64,000 nt of DNA, from the NCBI RefSeq assembly GCF_902459465.1, contig NC_047068.1, positions 434,001 to 498,000 on the forward strand. Reading direction: 5' to 3'. The notes under the pieces were generated by a model that saw nothing but the letters and a program-made list of their open reading frames with translations, was not told the origin of the DNA and did no database searches. This DNA comes from Asterias rubens. Taxonomy: Eukaryota. Numbering within the stretch: the first letter of the stretch is position 1; the number at the start of each line of letters is the position of its first letter. The position numbers and the translations under genes were made by a program. Of this stretch, positions 48,843 to 61,133 are shown piece by piece.

Positions 48843-50282
48843 TTAAAGTCTCAAGTTATTATTATGATTTTTTTCTCCAAGTTACTGTCGGTGGGTTGTA
48901 ATTGAAATTATTACATTACGCGACAGGGTGCCTATAATGCGAGGTAATTGGTGGCCCGCTAGCGGTCTTACTGATAGGGGCCGATTTCACCGCTTGCGGC
49001 GGACTTGATCGGCAGCCACTGACAAATTATGGCAACAAGTGTTCGCCTCTAACATGCCGTCAAAACTCAAACATAATACCTGGACACCGATGCCTTGTGT
49101 TACTATATCGACGTTGGTATCTTGCTAACAGGCTCCATGTGCTGACATGCAGTGTTGTGTCAAGTTTTTCTGGAGGATTTTGACCCCAGAAATTAGTTGC
49201 AGACCCAACAAAGAAAAACCGAGCGTTGAAAACACTTTTCAAAATGGCGGTGTTGTGTCAGTTGTGTGCAGTCGCTGCTGGAATGAGACCACGGGTTACC
49301 TAGAATCAGGAGGTTCCTATATAAAGGTACACGAGTGGGCGGGTACCAGACTCGTATCAGAGCAATAGATTATCTTAGCTGGATATTTCGGAGAAAACAT
49401 TAGAGACAGGTTATGGCTAATATAATAAACAGTAGGCATAATCTATGATGTCTTTACTATGACAAATCTTCGAAACTCACTTAGGTAACTTTTAGCAATG
49501 TTTGCATGCTGTTAAGTGTAATTAATATTGGGTTTCTAATGATATTCTAATCATATTTCTATGGTTAACTCATTTGGAACTGTGAGACCCTTTTCAGCTA
49601 CGGAAAAATTGTATTATATAACAGTGGCGGAGTGAAAATAAACATCGGTGACATAACTTGATATTACTTTTTTTTTAATTCCAACAATGAATGGAAGTTA
49701 CATCGATCAACTATAAATGCAACATTGATATATAAAGGATATCATGTTTATCAAAAACTGATTTCAGATCAGAAGCTTTCTTTGGTTCGTTTTGGGGTTT
49801 TCGTTGGGCCAAAGGTCATTTTCCTGAGAATGAAATGTCCAGACACGATACTTTGCATGTCTGTTCTTATTCACGATAGTGTCCAGGGTATGTTTATTTG
49901 CATTATATAATGTAACCCACATCCGAAAGACGCGGCTCGAGCCACATATGATGTCAATACGTTGACTGGTCTCCCACCATCCAATTACTGATTATGTCTC
50001 AGTTTTATCTACGACAAGTCCCTTCTCAAGGACCTTGCTATTGGCTGTGCTTCGTTACAACCTCTTCCATTTAACTGCATCTTATGGCGTATTTGGTAGT
50101 AAGCATAATGACTTTCCTTTCAAGCCTCCGTTTTACCATGGAGAAGGGGAACATTTTATTGATCTGAACGGCAGAAAATAACAAGATGCCTGTCTCAAGG
50201 AACATTTTGTGTGAAAAGACAACACGAAGCGATGCGAACAATAGTAACGTAACTGTATATGGAGTCAGGGACCTACATATTG

Positions 50283-50459
50283 GGTCGATTTCACAAAGAT
50301 AGTCCTAACTTTCAGGACTAGGACTCTTTTATGAGTTAACTTAGGACTAGGACTCTTTTAGGAGTTACTAAAAACGTAAGTATATTGCCCTAAATTCAGG
50401 ACGAGTTACTCGTTCTAACTCGAGATAAGACTCGTCTTAACTCTTTGTGAAATTTACCC
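50283..50459. mobile_element. H2 MITE copy
   Basis: GGTCGATTTCACAAAG ... CTTTGTGAAATTTACCC|CAG with aggactag repeats. Confidence 0.8.
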
Positions 50460-50630
50460 CAGGCCTCCAAACAAAAAAATAGAGACTTCATCGGAAACCT
50501 CGGTGCGATCGGTTAAAATCTTACGGGGACGATTGTCTTGTTTTGAGAAGGCTGGCTGTTTTGTTACTAATTAAACCCGCGAGTATAGTTTGCTCAACCA
50601 TAGAGCAAGGAACAGACCATGAAGGTTTAA

Positions 50631-51008
50631 AGGCAGTGGACACTATTGGTAATTACTCAAAATAATTATTGCCATAAAACCTTTCTTGGTGACGAGTAAT
50701 GGGGAGAGGTTGATGGTATAGAACATTGTGAGAAACGGCTCCCTCTGAAGTGCCATAGTTTTTGAAAAAGAAGTAATTTTCCACGAATTTGATTTCGAGA
50801 CCTCAGATTTAGAACTTGAGGTCTCGAAATCAACCATCTAGACGCACACAACTTCGTGTTACAAGGGTTATTTTTCTTTCATTATTATCTCGCAACTTCG
50901 ATGACCGATTGAGCTCAAATATTCACAGGTTTGTTATTTTATGCATATGTTGAGATACACCAACTTTGAAGGCTAGTCTTTGACAATTACCAATAGTGTC
51001 CACTGCCT
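50631..51008 (+). mobile_element. Kolobok-like MITE family A (P1), full length
   Basis: TTAA at 50627 and 51009; nearly identical to 22944-23321. Confidence 0.92.
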
Positions 51009-54000
51009 TTAACTCCATTGCCCAACTATCTAGTCGTCGATAGAAGTGCTTCATGATCGCATGATCTTTCTGACCTTGGGGGAGTAGCCTAAACGAGATT
51101 AAGGTGGGGCAATCATTTGCCACTTACCAGTCAACCAAGATTACGCAAAAATATCAAAACAACTGTGAAATCCTTATCAACGGATCAAAAGCGTCCTATC
51201 TGTTTTCCCCCCAAGCTTCGCTCTCCAATAAAAGACAACCGGATGTGATGGACCTGGACATGTTCATCGTCGGTTAATAATACTTCTGGCAGGGGCCACA
51301 CACCGTTAGAAATAACCGTGGTCTGTCAGTGACGAGTGTTGCAAATTTACGATGGGTTGTCTCTTATTTTTAAAGGGAAAGTCAAACAGTTGTCTTTGAA
51401 ACTCTAAATTGTTAGACCGGAAAAGGGTTGCTTTTAAATGGTCGTGAGAACATCCTAACAACATAATATGAAATATACGAGTTTGGGATTAACGTCTCAA
51501 AAATTGGGTGAAGTCTTATTGACAGCTTCTGTCTAAAAATTGCCAGGCGATAAGTTTGATTTTTAACGCTCCTCCAAATATTTTATCATTAAGAATCCTT
51601 TCCAATGGTTTTCATAGCGACCGCATAGTGAGTGTACTACTGGTGGTTTAGGCTCACCAAGAATTTGAATGCAATAGGTTATCTAGTCAAAATCAGGGAA
51701 TATTGCTACACATGGCTTTACTCATTGCCCCCCCCCCCCCCGGACCTCAAGACTCCCTTGCTCAAGCCCCCAGCCCACCCCTAGATTTACGGGTAATCGT
51801 CAATACGCACATACCCCTCTTTATGTCGGTAACATAAACCACTTGCCAATGTCATTATGGGCTATATAATAACTTGAATAATACTCATGGGGCGAGTCTT
51901 GAATAATGCAATAATGCACGCATGACGAAACTTATGCTCTCTGCGGACAAATCATGAGAGCTGGGTGGTCGGACTCGATTTCTACATCGTGACTTATTAA
52001 GATGGATGGGCGAAGACAGTAAAGTTTATTATGGCAATAGAGGGTGTTATAAACATATTTTGGTAAACATGTTTAGGTACTGGCTCGGGAAGTTAAGCCT
52101 GAGTAAGTGGTGATTTTGTACGTTAAGCATTTACTGTGACAAAATAAATAATGTGTGGGAACTGTTTGGGATGCATTTCACACACAAACGAAATATATTG
52201 ACCACTTTGTTTTTCACTGATTGATACCAGTTTAGCTAAAATAATGTTTGTGCTAAATCCATGTTACTTCTGACAACACACGACTATAGAAGAACAACAG
52301 AGCCTGACTATGCAGGCACAACTTGTACACATCAGCTCAGATGCAAGAAAACATCAAATCTGTTTTAAGGAGATTGCATCGTCTGATTTTTTAGCAACCT
52401 TCATTTTATAACGAAAAGGGGCACAACTCAAAACCTCTACAGCTGTTATTTTATTTATATGGAAATTATCACACAAATTCTAAGAGTCCCTATGATGTGA
52501 CCAATGCCTGCCAGAAAGGCTTGGGATGTACAAAGTCACTCATTTTGTAAAAAATATTACATGGTCCTTACGAATTAATGTTATTGCTTTTCATTTTGTC
52601 TAGATCGCTTAATTATGTGTACTTTTAAAGTTTGTTGAAATCTTAAGATACAATTCGGTCGTTGGACTGTACTTTTTTAAAATGTTATTCGATCCATAAA
52701 CCACAAACATTAAAAATTAAACCTGAACTACAACAAAAGATTACAGTTTCTTCATAAACACACCGGTGTGCTTTATAATTAAGCCTTATTCGTTAAATAT
52801 ACGGTTGAGTAATGGTCAATCACCGTACTAACTCGATTTTTCTCTTAAATGAAGGTAAATGGATACATGTAATTAAAGCGACACTTGCCAACGATTAGAA
52901 AGTAAATATCCACGATTATAAGTTTTTCCTCTTAATGACCGAACTGACACGCTTAAAGCTCATTAGGTTACCTTTTGTTTCTTGGTGGTTTCCTCACCAG
53001 TTTCAATGTTCCTTTTGTTGTAACTTCACGAATCATGAAATCGCACGCGTGGCATTGGACCTGCATGTGGGTGTGTGTGTGTTAAGTGCTTTGGGAGACC
53101 GCACGCGCAGGTGTCGATGAAAAACGGTATACAATGATCCAAGTACAAGATTGATTACAGATTCAACAGCGTGTTTGTTATTTGTCTCAAAAAAACGATT
53201 TTGCGAAACTTTGGTTAAAACAAAGGATATCCGAAGTTGGTCTGAACATGGTCTGAAAAGTAAGTAAAACAAACCATGGAAACAACATCTTATGTCTAAT
53301 TTTAATGTCAATGCAAAACTTATAATTGCAACGACACGAACCGAATTTCTAAGACGAAACTTGGCTTTAGGCCTAATGTAATAGTTAAATTTGGGCACTT
53401 ATGCTGGTAATGCATGCTACTATTTCATATGTTTAAGTTTTAAACTGCTAGGGATCGGACAGTGACAATGCAACAAAGAAAAACATTTGATGTCAGCCAA
53501 AAAGAATCAGCTCCTTTCCTAACAATACATGAGAGCAAGTGAAGATAAAGGCCTACTAATGGCAAGCGCTTTTTCTAGAAGATTCCTTCGTTTTCTACAT
53601 GTAGATTGAGCCAATAGCTTGACTTCCATTTGACTCATGTATCAAGATCGAAACAATTTGCAATTAATCATCCCAAACCGGGACCGCCCTGAGCATCGCC
53701 ACCCCCCCCCCCTTTACCCCACACCTCCCATCCCCTGAAAAGACCCAGGTTTTTACCCGTTCCTTTCCTCCAGATCCAAGGGCCACAGAGAAGGGTTTCC
53801 GCCCGGTTGAACGCGATAACTCACCCGTCAAATAATTAGCTGTAGGGCCACTTTGCAAACACCAAATAAACACGAGGAGGAGAGCTTAGATAATTACCGA
53901 CAATAGTATAACTTGTTAAGCCCAGAACCCGGCCGAGCGGAAAGTCTATTGACAAAATAGCCCTCCAGTGAAAAGGAAGAAAGAAAAAAAACTCTTACTG

Positions 54001-54551
54001 GGTGTTCTTGGCAAATAAAAGAGTTTGACTAATTTGTAGGAATAACTGTTTTGGTTTTGATTTATACGGGGGAGGAAATTTGATTCTCCCCTCGCCTATC
54101 CTTAAGCTGAAAAATCACAGCTGCATGAATTGGCCGTCGGGTTAGACTACACTGGATTATGAGCGAAGAGAGCAAGCTGGCATACCGAAACTGGTTAAGG
54201 TAACTTTGTAAGTGCACTCGTTCTGTACTCTGTCATGGGGTAGAAACTTAATCACAATGTGTATCCAACAAGTAAGGTATCAAGAGAGATTTGTTCACTT
54301 ACCAACAAGGTCTTCTGCATAAGAAGATTGTTGAGGAAGGCGAGGAAGAAAGAATTACTCTGTCAAAGAATTCATCACAAAGTTTGGAAGGTTGCTAGTA
54401 GTGCAAAATAGCTGGAAAACAACAACAAAACAGACTTGTAAACAATTGTTGTATTCATTTAAATTGCAATTCGATATTACCGTCATTGGTTTGTGTTTGT
54501 ATGAAGAGTCCCTTCATCAGTTGGTAATCCTGGGCATTTAGAGCAATACTG

Positions 54552-54947
54552 GGAGCAATTTCATAAAGCCCTTTTATTTGGTTCAGCAAAAAAGGATTCA
54601 GCAATATGTTCTGCTTATTTCCCATTTCTATTTACCAAGTAAGGTTTCATGCTAATGATCATTTTGAGCATTTACCGATAGTGTCCACTGCCTTTAAAAG
54701 AACACGTTGCCTTGGATCGGTCGAGTTGGTCTTTGAAAAGCGTTTGTAACCGTTTGTTATAAAATGCATACGATTAGAAAGATATTTTAAAAGTAGAATA
54801 TAATGATCCACACAAATTTGCCTCTAAATTGCGTTGTTATCCATTTACTTTGCGAACTAACACGGTCGGCCATTTATGGGAGTCAAAAATTTGACTCCCA
54901 TAAATGGCCGACCGTGTTGCTTTAAAGCAGCTCTATGAAATTGGACC
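54552..54947. mobile_element. Composite: H1 MITE ends enclosing a family A end (54630-54693) and a family B half (54698-54921)
   Basis: CTG|GGAGCAATTTCATAAAGC at left and AAGCAGCTCTATGAAATTGGACC|CAA at right. A|TTAA|B junction at 54694; 60-bp palindrome 54859-54918; TTAA at 54922. Confidence 0.75.
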
Positions 54948-56403
54948 CAAGTTTGTGTTTGTAGCAATTTTTAACACAATATTGTGTGGGTGTATTTTTT
55001 TGTTCTCGTCTCAGGAATGAAAAAGTACCCGATGCTTCAGGGTTCTCATGGTGGAGGGAGTGTAGAGAGGAGAGACTTTTTTCTTCCTTCAACCATGCTT
55101 CAACCGGGTGGTCCGGGAGAGTGTCGACTCCCAACCGGGGCTGTCGTGTCCGAGGCCACGGTGATACCACGCGTTATTACGGCACGTTTCATTATGTAAT
55201 TATCGCCGGCTTCGGACATCCAAGGACAAACATTTCTCAAGACACTTCCGTTGGGTCTTAAGCGGATCTCGGTGGTCGGAGCTTGTGTGTTTCTTTTTTT
55301 TTTTATGTGGAGCAGACAGGCTGAACTAATGATGGGGTATCGTGCTGGGATGTTACTTTCAAACCATTTCCCCTACCCTCAGAATGCGAACATCAATGGT
55401 TTACTCAGTAAATAAAGTATACAAGTTAATTTGCTCTGACAACAAGAAAATAGTTTCAGCTTACAAACATCAACATCAATGGCATGGAAATACTAAGCAA
55501 GTCAAGACTTAGCAATCAACCCACATTTCCATTGGGGGGGGGGGTAGGAGGGTACAATTTATTTGTGTATTTGGTTCGATCTTATGGGTGGGGGCAGACA
55601 GGGTGAAGCTCAAGCCCCCATGTCCCTTTTGTGTTTTAATTCATTGACTATAATCAGAAGGAGTTCTAGAATTAGAGATAGTATCCTTTTGACCTACTGG
55701 CCCTTTTTTGCTTTTTTAGATGTTACCATAAAAGTCTCAAACCAGTTGAAACTGCTGACGTCTTCCCATAAATTGAAATGCACGTTCGGATTTACATTTA
55801 AGGAGATTACTGATTAACTTCTGTCGGTGTTGATTAGAGTAGTGGGCAGTACTCGAGTCGCGTTTATTATTACTGTGGCATACAACTTGATTTGACTTGG
55901 GTAAAGTTGACTTCTTGCTGGTTACAACATCGAGGACGAACCCCAATTCATACCACACTGCTCGTCCAGGACGGGGAAGGTCCCCGTGATGATTCAAAAG
56001 AATTAGTCACTAATTTAGTCGCTAAACAACAACAAAAACCGAGCGGTCAATGAACGGTTTTCAAAAACGAAAGTCCGCGAACACGAGACCTTGAACAAGA
56101 TTTGGTGATGAAGACAAATAACTCTCAATGGGGAACACTTGAGTTAATCAAGCTTCACAAAGGATTACGAATCAGGAATGAAGATATACAATAAGACACT
56201 TGAGGGACCATAAGACATGTATCATAGCATCAGAGCATCTCCTGTCAGGTCTGAAGACAGGGTCCCAATCGATAAGGCTCATATATGAAAACGACCTTTA
56301 GACGTAAAATGTGTCACCTTTTGGTTTCTTAGATGTTTGATGTTTGATGATTTTATACGAAAGCACACAAATAAAAATAAATCCACCCCTTTCCAATCTG
56401 ATA

Positions 56404-56505
56404 TTTACGGACTCACAATCCGTGATTCACAATATTACGGATTCATAATCTGTGTTACGGATTTCTGAATCCGTTAATAACGGATCGTGAATCCGTAAAA
56501 ACGGA
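56404..56505. repeat. Degenerate ACGGATTC/GAATCCGT repeat cluster, probable MITE remnant
   Basis: Several ACGGAT(T/C) and ATCCGT motifs in inverted arrangement. Confidence 0.45.
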
Positions 56506-59500
56506 ATGGTAATTTTGGATTGGGCTATTTGGGGCTTTCTTTATATTTTCATAGGTTAGCTGTAAGGCACATTTCATGAAAACATAAGCGATTTGACCAC
56601 ATCTATTCCAGCACGCTGGCTCTTCTGTTGAGCGTGTACAGGAGGCCCCTTATATATATAGCGACGGCGTGATATCTGAAATGAACATCGTTCCCCAAGC
56701 CTTTCGTGCAACAAAAGAGAACACTGAAGTTAACGTAATTGAGATCAAAGTCAACTACCAGCCATGCACACATACTTCTATATAACGAGGGTGAAAATCA
56801 CACTAATGATGTCAAACAAACAAACAAACAAACAAACCAAACAGTACGCACGAATACCCGGAGTCCGGACGAAACAAGAGATGTGACTTCATGAACAATC
56901 CATGCACCAGAACATTTACCAACGCTCAGAGACACCCACTGCCGGCTTTAAACACGGCTTTGAACTTCCCGCACGTCAATAATAGAAATCATGGACAACC
57001 CGTGGAGTCCATTTTCGATTTCCAGCGAAATCAACCCCGGCCCCAGCGAGTGCCGTGTGCGCCAAATTACAAATTGTCAGTTCGGAATTAGAGAGAACGT
57101 TTACGTATCATTCAGCCGGCAATAAAAAAAAATATATGTTCGGCTTACACCAAAGCGTCGACAAGTGTGTATTTTACGGTGTGCGGCTGTCTGCTCCTTT
57201 GTAGGCCACTTTGTACCGTGTACCGACTGAGGGAAGCTCACACCGTGGGCACTAGATGAGTCAAGAAAATTGTAGCAAGGCATTTAGCTAGGGGAGTTTG
57301 TAAATGGTATCCCCATTAGTATGTGTGATACACCTGTATTCTTCAGCCGTCTACCCTACGGGCTTGAATAATCGTTAACGGTTTTTTCTCTCTTCTTTAA
57401 GTATCTAAATAGCTTCTACTACGGGTGTAAGCTATGACCCAACAGATTAATGCACAAAGTGTTGCGTTTTGCTGCACGTTGTAATCCGCCGATTTCGCTG
57501 TGTAATTTTAGCCGGTATGAAAAGCACGGCACGCGGTGGCCCACGGTCTCTGCAAACTCAATGCACACCCGCTCGCAAGGTCAAACGTGCAAATACACTA
57601 CTGACCCATTTAAAACTCCCATACACTTGCGTTTTTCTAGGTTTTCTTTTTTCCCCTTCTTTTTCTTCCTCCAGTTTTTTGTTTGTTGCGAGAGATTACT
57701 TTCTTGACAACCGAGCCGCGCGGTCATGTTCCGACGGGGTGACTCAGGCAGGGTGACTGTCGTTATATACGGGGGCCGTTTGGTATGGTGTAACGTGTCA
57801 TGAATTCAATAAACAAAAGATTCCACAGATGTATGTGTAAATGAGCAAGGCAATTTGCAACAAAATGGGCAAGAAAAGTGTACCACTTTGGGCCGAATGA
57901 CGCATGGCTAACGTGTAATATATACATAGAACTAGGCTGCTCATTGCTCTTATGGTAATAATTGTGGTAGAGTAATTCGCCATGCATTGCCGGACTATTA
58001 CACGCTGACGTCATATGTTGATAGGGTGAGGTAATGCATTGGGGTTCGCTGTTCATATATCCCCAAGCTGTCAATGGCAGCCAAACTGGGTCGTGGGAGT
58101 TTTGGGAGAGTCCTGGGCATGATGCAATGGTGCTTAGCAGAGAGCACCAGACACGCAAAGAAACAGCTAAAATGCCTTCGACGCACACACAGTCTACAAC
58201 TGGTTCCCGCAATACTGCTAAGCTATTTTATATGACAAACTATATGTTTTTGTTTTGCTAAGCCGATTTATGTAAGGTTTTAACGACAGCTGTAGCAGTA
58301 TTTCTTTAATATTTACGACACGCAGGGTTTGGATTGACACAGGGGGAAAGGCTGAACTTTGAAGATGATGTGGCACGTCAAAAAGAATGCCAATTGACAT
58401 CGAAACAGTAGAACCCCCAGACACAATGCATTCACTACCAAAGCCCAGTGAAATTGGAGGTAGTCGCATAGCATCGTCTGAAGATGCTATGTCAGATTTT
58501 TGGCCGATTTGACCCAAACATTTTGATTTAAAATTCAATATTAGGTATTCAATTCAGGTATTTTGATGGGGGTCAAGAAAGTTACAAGCTTTCATTTGAG
58601 CCATTGCTGGAAAGGTCCGCCAATTATTAGTAGCAGTGAAATAAAGTGCTCAAAATTAGTTTTTGTCGGGATCCCGACAATATATCACGTGACCAATTCT
58701 TATGCGTTTTAAATTTTTGTCATGATTCCTGACCATTAAAAGTAAAAGTTGTTTTCGTTAGAGCGGGTGATACTCTTTGAAATACCATTCACTCAAACAA
58801 ATCTATTTTTTAATTAAGAAATAACCGGAAACCCCCCTCCCCAGTATTATTACTCCCGTATGGTAGTTATTACCATTAAGAATAGTAGTTTTCTGATATG
58901 TTCTCAGAGAACCAACAGTATCGAATTTTAAAGGGTTGTTCAACTTCGACAATTATTCAGAAAACATCACTGAATAACAATTTGTTTATGGGTGAGATAA
59001 GTCATAGCTATCTCGCAATTTCTAGTGGGTCATACAGCTTGTAGATTAAAATTCTTTGATCTATTTTAGTGCATCTTGTAAAGCATTAACCTACATATTA
59101 CCATTTGTAAAACAGATAATGGAGCCCGAATAATGTACAATCAGGGAGACACCAACTCGACCTCCTTCATTTCCAGACAATATTTGTCTTCGCTCTTCAA
59201 AGAAATTCTGTCAGAATCATCAAGCTTCTTAGGGAACCTCCTTGGTCAAACATGGCAAACACATCTCTTATAAGATATGATGGAAGCAGGCAGTAATATT
59301 GCGTGTCCACAGTCTGTCCACAAGTTATCAAGGAATGTTGGTGTTTACTGCGTTAAAGACATGCGCTACAGGTTTTAAATTTTACACAAATTATATCTTT
59401 TTTTAAATATTTTTTTTGATAAAGGTCAGTGGTACACAAAGTTGGCTTGGTAAGGACTGTCTCATGAAAACCATTTCCACATTAAATTCCGCCATTTCTA

Positions 59501-59904
59501 AGAAAGAATCAGTGAACAAAACCTTAATGACTGTTAGCAATGAAAATATATTTTTAGGCAAAAGTTATTTAATATACTCGAAAACGGGGCCATGAATTAA
59601 AAAAAATGGGTTACAGATTGGTTTAGGGATCAGTGTTTCATTCAAGTTGGCTACTTTTTATGAGAGGTTGATATAAGTTGCTCTTCGAAACAAAACCAAT
59701 CTGACGGTGCTATAAAACAGACGGAAACAAAATTGTGTTTAAGTGAAGATGCATCTTATATTATATTATATGCACAATTTGTTCACTTTTTAAAACTAAC
59801 ATACAGTTTGGCTTGGAACGAAAGCTCCAAATACAATCAACACACGTGCATTGCAATCCGCTACACGTTATACCGACCCGGTGAAGAAAATCACGTCCAC
59901 ACGA

Positions 59905-59980
59905 ACACACGACCAATCACAAACCACTTCTCTGTGACCGGCCAATCATAACCCGGTGTGGGCGGGGCCTAAAAGGTACA
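59905..59980 (+). promoter_or_regulatory. Candidate SoxE proximal promoter
   Basis: CCAAT at 59913 and 59942, GC box GGGCGGGGC at 59960-59968, TATA-like CCTAAAAG at 59968, about 300 bp upstream of the ATG. No TSS data. Confidence 0.55.
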
Positions 59981-60266
59981 CAGTGTCTGCAAGACGGGTA
60001 GTGTGTGGAGAGGCATAGGGGGTACAGCACAGTGCCGTAAGTCTAGGCTTCCCTTAATTATATGTCAATAAACGATTCAAAATATACGAAAAAAAAGTGG
60101 GTGAGAGAATTACAAGGGGGTGCTGAAGTGGTTTGGAGGAGTGCCGGTGACTAAACATCGTCGCCTCATAAAAGCCGAGTTGCCCCTCGAGCGTGAGTCA
60201 CAACGATTGTTATCATTCACGGAGTAACACTGCCGAAAGTTTTAGTGTGACTACTCCAAGTATTTA

Positions 60267-60655
60267 ATGCACAAGGACATCATCATGAGCGTACAGATTT
60301 CGGATATGGAGAGACCTTTATCTCGTGGAAGTGACGGGCCGGTTAGCCCGGGTTGCAGCGAGTCCGGCTCGGAGTCTTCAGACACCACGCTTCACGGTGA
60401 TGGTACCCCATCAGCGTTGGACCCCCGTTTCTCGCCGTCCATCCGCGATGCAGTCAGCCGGGTGCTCCAGGGTTACGACTGGTCCCTGGTCCCGATGCCG
60501 ACCCGAGTCAGCGGTAACCCCAACGCCAAGCCCCACATCAAGAGACCGATGAATGCCTTCATGGTGTGGGCCCAAGCAGCCCGCAAGAAACTTGCCGACC
60601 AGCACCCACACCTACACAACGCCGAACTCAGCAAGACGCTCGGCAAATTGTGGAA
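60267..60655 (+). CDS. SoxE: SoxE (Sox8/9/10-like) exon 1: dimerization domain and N-terminal part of the HMG box
   Basis: [20 protein letters not shown] matches the SoxE dimerization motif and is followed by [42 protein letters not shown]. Donor AA|GTGAGT at 60656, the conserved SoxE HMG intron position. In-frame stop upstream at 60243; alternative start ATG 60285 has better Kozak context. Confidence 0.97.
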
Positions 60656-60929
60656 GTGAGTAACTCAGAATGAATTTATGTGGTTCTGTGTGTCACGAGG
60701 GTCTTGTCTATAAATTAATTATCGTGAATTCATAGTAATACTAACATTCCAGAACACCTGTGTGTATAAAAACATGTGCGGTGACAACTTTGTAACATTC
60801 CTTTCACAATTTTTAAATAAACAACATGAGTACTGACTTTTTATGATTTAGAAGCTAAATTGCAATAAACAAGGTATACTGTCAGTCAAATACAATGTGG
60901 GTGTATTGACCGCAACCGTTGGTGCACTA

Positions 60930-61133
60930 TTTCAGAAAGTTTATCAAAATATAATATGCCAATTTGAAACTTGCTGTTTATGGTGGACCACACCGCAGTA
61001 ATGCGAAATATTAAAAAAATGATGATATGTTGTAAATGCGTTACGGCAAATTTTAACTGTTTTCAGAAAGTTTATCAACTAAAATATATGCCAATTAGAA
61101 ATTGCTGTTTTATGGTGAACCACAGAAATGCAG
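60930..61133. repeat. Diverged ~131-bp-period tandem duplication in SoxE intron 1
   Basis: tttcagaaagtttatcaa..atatgccaatt..ttgctg..ttatggtg..ccac..gcag at 60930 and 61061. Confidence 0.75.

Noticed and set aside
2707-51123. Recurring small ORFs such as MCAFRWLISRPQVLNLRSRNQIRGK and MLDFETSSSKLEVSK
   Set aside because: All are chance frames within family A MITE copies.
57763-58538. 149-aa and 106-aa minus-strand ORFs upstream of SoxE
   Set aside because: No recognisable domain, splice signals or consistent motif spacing; a Gypsy integrase resemblance did not hold up.
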